20,849 nt of DNA, from positions 1 through 20,849 of the forward strand of contig JBFMCO010000019.1 of assembly GCA_040754495.1 (NCBI GenBank). Direction: 5' to 3'. Positions 15,055 through 20,849 of this stretch are shown here, one piece after another. This stretch comes from Candidatus Micrarchaeota archaeon (GTDB taxonomy: Archaea; Micrarchaeota; Micrarchaeia; Anstonellales; Bilamarchaeaceae). Numbering within the stretch: position 1 is the first letter of the stretch; every line of letters begins with the position of its first letter. The position numbers and the translations under genes were made by a program. The notes below the pieces were generated by a model. It made no database searches. It worked only from the letters and a program-made list of their open reading frames with translations, and had not been told where the DNA came from.

Positions 15055-15756
15055 ATGGTAGAGAAACTGGAAAGCAGGCCTATTGCTGCAGAAGAGAAAG
15101 GCGTCGGCAGGCGAGACTTTTTGAAAGCATCATTGCTTACGACGGCCATCATGGCCGGTATCGGCTGCGCCAACAGCGGACCGGCCGATACGGTGCCGCC
15201 ACGGACCCCGCGAGTCGGTGTGGACTCCATGGTTCTTCAGGGCGGCCGGTATTCCGGCGGCCAGATAGAAATCGGTGTCACCAGGATTTCCGGGGACCCG
15301 GCAAGAATCCGGGCTGTCGCGAACCTTTCGCCGGATACCAAGGCAACCTACTACTGGTTCGTCTATCAGGAGATGGGAAACGGCCAGCAGATGCTTCTTA
15401 ATCCGCGTTATAGCGAGGAAGGCCAGCCCAGATACACCGGCCAGGTGATGCGGGGCGTGACGCTCAGCGACGGCACGGCCGGCGATTTCGTCGTCCGCGT
15501 GAGGCGCTCGGGCCTTGCGGCATCGGCCGGCCCCGAGTGGGTGCCTGTCGTGGAGGAAAGCGGGCGGGTTAGGGCCGAGGATGCCCTTTACCAGGTGAGG
15601 GCGGGCACGCTAGAGCCGGTGAGTGATGCGCGCCTCGAGAGGAGCATGAACCATGAAACTGGCTCGCAGCAGGTATGCTTCGAGAGGGCGTCGCCCGTGA
15701 TAACGGTAGCCGAATACGGCCCGACAACTCCGGTCCTGATAGCCAGCCCGCAATAA
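15055..15756 (+). CDS. Hypothetical secreted lipoprotein with twin-arginine-like signal
   Basis: GRRDFLKASLLTTAIMAGIG|C: Tat-consensus RRxFLK, hydrophobic core and lipobox-like Cys; beta-rich mature part; ATG 15055 preferred over 15040. Confidence 0.7.
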   Translation: MVEKLESRPIAAEEKGVGRRDFLKASLLTTAIMAGIGCANSGPADTVPPRTPRVGVDSMVLQGGRYSGGQIEIGVTRISGDPARIRAVANLSPDTKATYYWFVYQEMGNGQQMLLNPRYSEEGQPRYTGQVMRGVTLSDGTAGDFVVRVRRSGLAASAGPEWVPVVEESGRVRAEDALYQVRAGTLEPVSDARLERSMNHETGSQQVCFERASPVITVAEYGPTTPVLIASPQ

Positions 15757-15770
15757 TCCTTTTCCTTTTC

Positions 15771-16889
15771 TTATATCCTATCAATAAACTCCCGCACGGA
15801 TTGGGAAACGAATCCTATCTCTTCATTAGTCATGCCCACGTACATCGGCAGCGACAGGGTCGTATCGGCGAATCTTTCCGCATCAGGGAACTCGCCTGCC
15901 GCATGGCCCATCGCCCGGTAAGGCGGCTGGAGATGAACAGGTATCGGGAAGTGCGAATCGCATTCCACGCCCTGGCTGCGGAGGCTTTCCTTCATCGCAT
16001 CGCGCGCCTCCCTGCCGGGCAGCCTGATTGCGAACTTGTTGTAAGCCGGCTTCATGCGCGCGCTCTCCGGCGGCGGGAGCGAGATTCCGGGAATGCCTGC
16101 GAGGGCTGAGGAATACATCCGGGCGATGCGCCTGCGGTCGTCATTCCACTCCTCGAGATGCCGCAGCTGGGCCCTCCCTATGGCCGCGCTTACGCTGCTC
16201 ATCCTGGAGCTGAATCCGATGATGGCGTGCTCGTGCGTGTATGGCGTTTCCCTGCCAGAGTCGGCGAGAGCGCGGACTTTTTGCGCCAGCTTCTCGTCGT
16301 TGGTCGTCACCATCCCGCCTTCGCCGCAAACAGTCATGTTCTTGAACGGGTTGAACGAGAACGCGGCCGCATGGGCAAGTGCCCCGGCCCTCCTGCCGCC
16401 ATAGAGCGCGCCGTGCGCCTGGCAGGCGTCCTCGACTACTAAACTCCCCTTCCGCTCGGCAATGCCGTTCAGTTCGTCCATCCTTGCAGGAATCCCGTGG
16501 AGGTGCACCGGCACGAGGGCCTTTATCATCCTCCCCTTCGCAATCGCCCTCCCTGCCGCCTCCGGTGCGATATTGCCGCTGGCGTATTCCACGTCGCAGA
16601 AGACGGGCTCAGCGCCGGCATGCACAGCGGCATTGGCTGTCGCTATGTACGTCATCGGGCTTGTGAGGACCTTGGAGCCCTTCACGCAAAGGGCCCTGAG
16701 GATGAATGAAAGGGCGTCCGTGCCGGAGCCGGTAGAAACAGCGAAAGCGGTCCCGCAGAAGCGGGCGAACTCGTCCTCGAACCTGCTCACGCTCTCTCCG
16801 AAGAGCGGCGGCTCGTTCGCGAGGGCGTCGGCTGCGGCATCCAGCATCTCCTTCGTGACGATGGCCTTGTCGAGGGGAATCATCGACAT
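15771..16889 (-). CDS. DegT/DnrJ/EryC1/StrS family PLP-dependent (nucleotide-sugar) aminotransferase
   Basis: FEDEFA.F.G, SGTDAL, PVHLHG, VVEDACQAHGA, SFNPFKN (PLP Lys), GEGGMV.T; start 16889 or 16883. Confidence 0.93.
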   Translation of the reverse strand: MSMIPLDKAIVTKEMLDAAADALANEPPLFGESVSRFEDEFARFCGTAFAVSTGSGTDALSFILRALCVKGSKVLTSPMTYIATANAAVHAGAEPVFCDVEYASGNIAPEAAGRAIAKGRMIKALVPVHLHGIPARMDELNGIAERKGSLVVEDACQAHGALYGGRRAGALAHAAAFSFNPFKNMTVCGEGGMVTTNDEKLAQKVRALADSGRETPYTHEHAIIGFSSRMSSVSAAIGRAQLRHLEEWNDDRRRIARMYSSALAGIPGISLPPPESARMKPAYNKFAIRLPGREARDAMKESLRSQGVECDSHFPIPVHLQPPYRAMGHAAGEFPDAERFADTTLSLPMYVGMTNEEIGFVSQSVREFIDRI

Positions 16890-16920
16890 TAATAACCGTG
16901 CGGAATTTATATTCCATCCG

Positions 16921-17190
16921 ATGATAACAAGGAAGAACCTCCTCTACTCCACGTTCGTCGGCCTTCCGGTGGAGGTCGTCAACTCGAGCGACAGGAAGGC
17001 CATAGGGTGCAGGGGCACGGTCGTGGACGAGACCAAGAACCTGATTGTAATCGAGGTGGCGGGGGGGAAGGAAGTGAAGGTCCCGAAGGCGTCAGCCACC
17101 TTCCGCTTCACCGCGGAATCAGGCGAACTGGTGGACGTGGAAGGGAAAAAAATAGCCTTCCGGCCTCACGAGAGGCCGAAAAAGGTATAG
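16921..17190 (+). CDS. rnp1: Ribonuclease P protein subunit Rpp29/Pop4 homolog
   Basis: MITRKNLL...VGLPVEV, GTVVDETKN, VPK....FRF, RPHER.KK; ATG 16921 within the longer shadow ORF. Confidence 0.92.
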   Translation: MITRKNLLYSTFVGLPVEVVNSSDRKAIGCRGTVVDETKNLIVIEVAGGKEVKVPKASATFRFTAESGELVDVEGKKIAFRPHERPKKV

Positions 17191-17203
17191 AAAAAAGGCC
17201 AAA

Positions 17204-17818
17204 TCATCGGGCGCCTTCGACGCACGACTCCTCCATATAATCATTGGTGATGCCTGTGCAGAGCGAAGGGTCCTGCTTCTTGCTCGCGACGCTTGAGATG
17301 CAGATGTCCTTATAGACGCTGTCCGCTATCTGTCCGCATACGCTGACATCGCCCGTCGCCTCCGCGATGCCTGACAGGCAGGTGTTCTCATACAACTCCT
17401 CCTTCGCTTTGGCGCATATCGAGGCATCGTTTGTCTCAGTCCCAACGGTGACCACGCACGTATCATAATAGATGGTCATGTTCTCGCCGAGGCTCAGGAT
17501 AGGGTCACACTTGCCCGCATCCCTTGACTCCTCGGCAACAGTCATGTGGCAGCCTGCCTTGCACGTGAACAGGAGGTCCTGGTCCACAAGGACGTTGCAG
17601 TTGGTGATGCACTCGTTCAGGTCCGTCACCGAGCCTCCGGACGGGGGCGTCCCTCCGCTCGGGGTTCCGCCTGAAGGGGCGCCTCCTGAAGGCGCTCCGC
17701 CCGCGGGCGAGCCGCCTGCCGGCCCGGTCTGCTGGCCGCCCTGCTGGGGCGCACCGGGTGCCGTGCAGCCTGCGATTATTACAATCGCTGCGAGTATGGC
17801 GATAGCTATCAATCTCAT
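17204..17818 (-). CDS. Predicted lipoprotein with Gly/Pro linker and four Cys-rich 26-aa repeats
   Basis: IIIAG|C lipobox; GG[SAT]P[SA] linker; C-x13-C-x11 repeats; SD GAGGTG at 17824-17829 favours ATG 17818 or 17821. Confidence 0.8.
   Translation of the reverse strand: MRLIAIAILAAIVIIAGCTAPGAPQQGGQQTGPAGGSPAGGAPSGGAPSGGTPSGGTPPSGGSVTDLNECITNCNVLVDQDLLFTCKAGCHMTVAEESRDAGKCDPILSLGENMTIYYDTCVVTVGTETNDASICAKAKEELYENTCLSGIAEATGDVSVCGQIADSVYKDICISSVASKKQDPSLCTGITNDYMEESCVEGAR
17630..17716 (-). repeat. Intragenic ~15-nt tandem repeat encoding GG[S/A/T]P[A/S]
   Basis: GGSPA GGAPS GGAPS GGTPS GGTPPS GGS read from the translation. Confidence 0.8.
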
Positions 17819-17850
17819 CATCACACCTCGCAGTGACTATCACTTGAAAC

Positions 17851-17858
17851 TTTATTAA
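17851..17858 (-). promoter_or_regulatory. TATA box (TTAATAAA) of the Cys-repeat lipoprotein gene
   Basis: About 30 nt upstream of the start on the minus strand. Confidence 0.55.
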
Positions 17859-17876
17859 CCTGTCCGGGTTCTTGCG

Positions 17877-17888
17877 AAAAACGAAAAA
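17877..17888 (-). terminator. T-rich terminator candidate (TTTTTCGTTTTT) for the small HTH operon
   Basis: T tracts 12 nt after the stop at 17901 on the minus strand. Confidence 0.4.
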
Positions 17889-17900
17889 TGGGGAGTGGCG

Positions 17901-18140
17901 TCACCTGCCAAACGCCCTCTGGAGGGATTCGGCGAAGAATGCCTCGTTCTCGCCCCGCGACTGCCGTCTTTCCCTCGTGCCAGGGTTCTCGAACATCTCG
18001 TTCAGCGCGGCAGCCACCTGCCTGACGCCTTCAGCATCGAGCGGGCGAAGGCCTTCGGCCATCCCCCGTCCGGAGAATCCAGTCTTTCCGTTCCCCGCGA
18101 CGACCGGAGCCCTGACAGCAAACCTGCCTCTCTCTTTCAT
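17901..18140 (-). CDS. Small hypothetical protein (79 aa)
   Basis: Starts 4 nt after the upstream stop (TGATGATATG); third gene of a tightly packed trio. Confidence 0.45.
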   Translation of the reverse strand: MKERGRFAVRAPVVAGNGKTGFSGRGMAEGLRPLDAEGVRQVAAALNEMFENPGTRERRQSRGENEAFFAESLQRAFGR

Positions 18141-18144
18141 ATCA

Positions 18145-18477
18145 TCAGCGCTCCATGTAGTAAGCCACGGCCTCTTCCCTGAAGCCGCCGACAGCGACCC
18201 GCATCGGGCGGCAGTCCAGGTCCAGGTCGGTCGGCACCGGCGTCACGACCACGACGCTTACGACGCCGTCGGAGCAGAGCATGTCGAAATCATCGAATTC
18301 GGCAGCCTTCCGCCTGGCCTCCATGGCCTCTTCCTTCGTGACCTGCCTCGCCCCGCGCAGCCTGCCGCAAGGGTCCCACATCGGAGGCTCGGGCGCAGGC
18401 TTGGCAGCATCGAAGGCTCCGGGTTTTGTGTTTTGGGTTGTGCTTCCCGGCCTCATTGCCTTGGCAGCCATGTTCAT
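18145..18477 (-). CDS. Small hypothetical protein (110 aa)
   Basis: ATG 18477 overlaps the HTH gene stop (ATGA); acidic C-terminal part with a VVSVVVVT strand. Confidence 0.55.
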   Translation of the reverse strand: MNMAAKAMRPGSTTQNTKPGAFDAAKPAPEPPMWDPCGRLRGARQVTKEEAMEARRKAAEFDDFDMLCSDGVVSVVVVTPVPTDLDLDCRPMRVAVGGFREEAVAYYMER

Positions 18478-18740
18478 GCGCGCATCACCGCCGCCGGCAC
18501 ATAAGGCGCATCCTGCACCGCCCTCCACACGGTCATCCGGGACACGCCGAACATGTCCGCGAGCTCCCGGAAGCTGTACGGCCTGCTGTAATACGCTTCA
18601 AGCAGCCTTACCAGCTTATCCTGGTCAAGAGAATTCGGCCTTCCCGCGTTAGAGACGGGTTTCGTGTTCCGTGTTTTCGGTTTTGTTCTCTTTCTAAAAT
18701 TAGATTCGACTACTGTCGCTGGTTCCTCACTGGATTTCAC
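18474..18740 (-). CDS. Stand-alone helix-turn-helix protein (Hin/resolvase-type DNA-binding domain)
   Basis: GRPNSLDQDKL...SFRELADMFGVSRMTVWRAV matches the GRP + HTH (GVSRxTvyR) pattern; GTG start after AAGGGTGGT. Confidence 0.72.
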   Translation of the reverse strand: MKSSEEPATVVESNFRKRTKPKTRNTKPVSNAGRPNSLDQDKLVRLLEAYYSRPYSFRELADMFGVSRMTVWRAVQDAPYVPAAVMRA

Positions 18741-18868
18741 ACCACCCTTTTCTGACCAAAAGACAACACCCTTTTGTCATTTTTTCACCTCATTTGCCGC
18801 TTCCTTGCATTTTACTTTCTGCACATTCGCGGGTGCAGTCCGCTGTTATTATTTAAGTGGCAGGAACA

Positions 18869-18876
18869 TTTATAAA
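18869..18876 (+). promoter_or_regulatory. TATA box (TTTATAAA) of the VKOR gene
   Basis: Ends 30 nt upstream of ATG 18907; palindromic, so it could also face the HTH operon. Confidence 0.6.
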
Positions 18877-18906
18877 CGCGTGTCACAGATTGGTCATTCG
18901 GGATAT

Positions 18907-19290
18907 ATGCCGCCGCTGCCCGTAGCCGCCCTTTCCGCCGCCTGCCTGCTCATATCCGCATACGTCTTCTACTCCAAGCGCTCCGGAAGGAAGCTGCGCT
19001 GCATGATAGGGAAGAGCTGCGATATCGTGACAGGCAGCCGCTATGCGGTGACTTTCGGAGTGGAGAACAGCCTGATGGGTATGATATATTACTCGGGCCT
19101 GCTGCTCTGGGCTGCCCTTCCGCTCCCAATCCCCGCGCCTGCGGTCATTGGCGCCGCGCTTGTCGCCGCCCTGTTCTCCGCCTACCTCACCTGGCTGCAG
19201 CTCTTCGTAATAAGGGAGATGTGCGACTGGTGCATGGTCGTGAACATATCCAATTGGGCCATGCTAGCCATCCTCCTCCTGGGCCCGTAG
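18907..19290 (+). CDS. Vitamin K epoxide reductase (VKOR) family protein
   Basis: Four hydrophobic helices, loop Cys pair (C-MIGKS-C), conserved S.YA..FG, and CDWC (CxxC) at TM4; the ORF-track start at 18664 is in AT-rich upstream DNA. Confidence 0.9.
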   Translation: MPPLPVAALSAACLLISAYVFYSKRSGRKLRCMIGKSCDIVTGSRYAVTFGVENSLMGMIYYSGLLLWAALPLPIPAPAVIGAALVAALFSAYLTWLQLFVIREMCDWCMVVNISNWAMLAILLLGP

Positions 19291-19377
19291 CTGGTTCCCG
19301 GTCTCCAGTCCCGCGTTTCCGGCCTCCCGTTGCATCCTGCCGCGAACTGCGCATCCCGGCCTGCTGACGGGAATTTG

Positions 19378-19385
19378 TTTATAAA
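19378..19385 (+). promoter_or_regulatory. TATA box (TTTATAAA), likely promoter of rps17-rpl14-rpl24
   Basis: The only clear TATA box between VKOR and rps17; implies a ~250-nt leader. Confidence 0.55.
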
Positions 19386-19549
19386 GTTTTGTATCCAAAT
19401 AAACGATACCCGTATTGTAAGCCACTCGATTCGGCCCGACATTGGGGCCGGCAGCGGGCAGACACCTTCCGCATCTGCGGACAGATCCGCCCGCCTGAAA
19501 TTGGGAGAGCTCATCCGCTAGCGAGCAATCCCCATGCGGCATACGCCAG

Positions 19550-19672
19550 GGTGATTTTTATGGCATTGACCGGCGATGTCGCGATCGGCGAACCGATCGC
19601 GAGCATGCTCATGAACGAATCGTCGTTCATGACATCCGGTCAATAATAAAAATCGTGGTGATTTTTATGGCA
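19550..19672. repeat. Branched palindromic element flanked by 16-nt direct repeats GGTGATTTTTATGGCA
   Basis: Direct repeats at 19550-19565 and 19657-19672; nested inverted repeats read base by base (see findings). Confidence 0.9.
19560..19646 (+). other. Putative 28-codon upstream ORF (MALTGDVAIGEPIASMLMNESSFMTSGQ)
   Basis: Starts at the duplicated SD and ATG; stop TAA at 19644-19646; whether it is translated is unknown. Confidence 0.35.
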
Positions 19673-19972
19673 GAAAAATGCGACGACAAGAAATGCTTCC
19701 GGCATGGAGGCCTGAGCGTCCGGGGCGAAACGCTTTCGGGCAAGGTAGTCAGCGCCAAGAGCAGGCACACCGTGATAGTCGAGCGGTCCATCACGCAATA
19801 CTTCCCCAAGTACAGGAAGTGGGCGCGCGGCCACTCGAGGATAGCCGCGCACAACCCGGGCTGCATCAACGCCAAGGTCGGCGACATGGTCGACCTTGCC
19901 GAGACGAGGAAGCTCAGCAAGACCAAGGCCTGGACCGTAGTGGGCCTGTCGGCAGAGGGTGAAAAGTCATGA
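19667..19972 (+). CDS. rps17: 30S ribosomal protein uS17
   Basis: CDDKKCFRHG, VRGETLSGKVVS, AAHNPGCI, ETRKLSKTK; SD GGTGA at 19657-19661. Confidence 0.96.
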   Translation: MAEKCDDKKCFRHGGLSVRGETLSGKVVSAKSRHTVIVERSITQYFPKYRKWARGHSRIAAHNPGCINAKVGDMVDLAETRKLSKTKAWTVVGLSAEGEKS

Positions 19973-20367
19973 AGGGATTCACGAGCACGATAACGAAGAC
20001 GCTTATGACCGGCACCATGATGCCCTGCACGGACAACAGCGGCGCCAAGATGGTGTACATCATCGGCGCCCTGCAGTTCAAGGGCACGCGCGCGAGGCCG
20101 CCCCAGCTCGGCGTAGGCGACATCGTCATAGCCTCGGTCAAGAAGGGGAAGCCGGACATGGTCAAGAAGGTCGTGAAGGCCCTCATCGTCAGGCAGAAGA
20201 AGGAGTTCAGGAGGGCCAACGGCACGCGCATCCTCTTCGAGGACAACGCAGCGGTGCTCGTGAACGACGATTTCCTTCCGGTGGGAACCGAGATAAAGGG
20301 CGTCGTGGCCAGGGAAATCGCCGAGAGGTTCCCGAAAGTCGCCGCGATATCAGCCGGCGTCGTGTGA
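19969..20367 (+). CDS. rpl14: 50S ribosomal protein uL14
   Basis: CTDNSGAK, GVGDIVIASVKKG, VRQKKEFRR, FEDNAAVLV, ERFPKVA. Confidence 0.97.
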   Translation: MKGFTSTITKTLMTGTMMPCTDNSGAKMVYIIGALQFKGTRARPPQLGVGDIVIASVKKGKPDMVKKVVKALIVRQKKEFRRANGTRILFEDNAAVLVNDDFLPVGTEIKGVVAREIAERFPKVAAISAGVV

Positions 20368-20381
20368 TTGGGTGTTTTGAC

Positions 20382-20849
20382 ATGAAATCCGATACAGAGA
20401 GGAAAAAATACTACACGGAGAAGCTCCATCTGCGGAAGGGGAGGCTCCACGTGCATCTCTCCAAGGACCTGCGCTCCAAGCTCAAGGTGAAGAAGAGGGC
20501 GCTGCTGGTCCGCAAGGGCGATACCGTCCGCGTGATGCGCGGGCCGGGCATTGGCAAGGAGGCCAAGGTCAGCGACGTCAACACTATCCGGCGCAAGGTG
20601 TTCCTGGAAGGGGTGGCGTCCAAGACCGCGCGCGGCAGGGAAGTCCCGGTCGCGCTCGAGCCGTCGAACCTCCTGCTCATCTCGCTCGAATCCACCAAGG
20701 AGCGCAGGGAGATATTCAGCGAGGAGGCCTTCAGGAAGAAGGAGCCGCCCAGGAAGGAGGCTGCGAAGGAGGAAAAGGCCGAGGCCAAGCCGGAGCACAA
20801 GGAACACGTGCACGAGCACGCGCCTGAACACAAGGCACACGAGCATGCC
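20382..20849 (+). CDS. rpl24: 50S ribosomal protein uL24 (3'-partial) with charged His-rich C-terminal extension
   Basis: Translated by hand from ATG 20382: HVHLSKDLRSK, VRKGDTVRVMRG (KOW), EPSNLLLISL; open to the window end and absent from the ORF track. Confidence 0.95.
   Translation, partial: MKSDTERKKYYTEKLHLRKGRLHVHLSKDLRSKLKVKKRALLVRKGDTVRVMRGPGIGKEAKVSDVNTIRRKVFLEGVASKTARGREVPVALEPSNLLLISLESTKERREIFSEEAFRKKEPPRKEAAKEEKAEAKPEHKEHVHEHAPEHKAHEHA

Noticed and set aside
18727-18780. 17-codon Cys-containing uORF overlapping the HTH gene start on the minus strand
   Set aside because: No SD, AT-rich context and too short to support.
19291-19660. RNase P RNA, SRP RNA or tRNA as the explanation for the structured rps17 upstream region
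   Set aside because: No GAGGAAAGUCC/P4 elements, SRP S-domain motif or T-loop GTTCRA consensus on either strand; only an isolated GAGCAA.
225-20846. Numerous long overlapping or antisense ORFs in the track (e.g. 225-788, 2495-3226, 3526-4317, 7235-8014, 11769-12500, 13286-14563, 19914-20846)
   Set aside because: These are shadow frames of recognised genes, caused by high GC3. They are Arg/Pro/Ala-rich, with no motifs or initiation signals.
1-20849. CRISPR arrays, rRNA, tRNA, integrases or transposases
   Set aside because: No regularly spaced repeats, RNA-gene signatures or recombinase catalytic motifs were seen.

Overview
This is a GC-rich archaeal window; a DPANN lineage such as Micrarchaeota is my inference from gene content and divergence. 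The right half carries the archaeal S10/spc ribosomal cluster: rpl3-rpl4-rpl23-rpl2-rps19-rpl22-rps3-rpl29-sui1 // rnp1 // rps17-rpl14-rpl24 (partial). The cluster is interrupted twice by envelope-related cargo: a Tat-type lipoprotein, a DegT sugar aminotransferase, a Cys-repeat lipoprotein, a small HTH operon and a VKOR. The left half has a Cys-rich lipoprotein, thiI, an NhaP-type antiporter, a DUF202 protein, a detached and inverted spc-operon tail (DUF106/EMC3-like, cmk, cbf5) and several orphan ORFs. I found no tRNA, rRNA, CRISPR array or transposase. The most striking non-coding signal is a ~120-nt T-shaped palindromic element just upstream of rps17. It is bracketed by a 16-nt duplication of the rps17 SD plus start codon, and its two homologous arms differ by compensatory base-pair changes. 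A second is a structured rpl3 leader containing a 23S rRNA-like motif. Notable proteins are a lipoprotein with exactly mirror-symmetric Cys spacing, a DUF106 insertase homolog with a large extracellular insert, and His/Glu/Lys-rich tails on uL22, uS3 and uL24. Family calls rest on motif recognition by eye; no searches were run.
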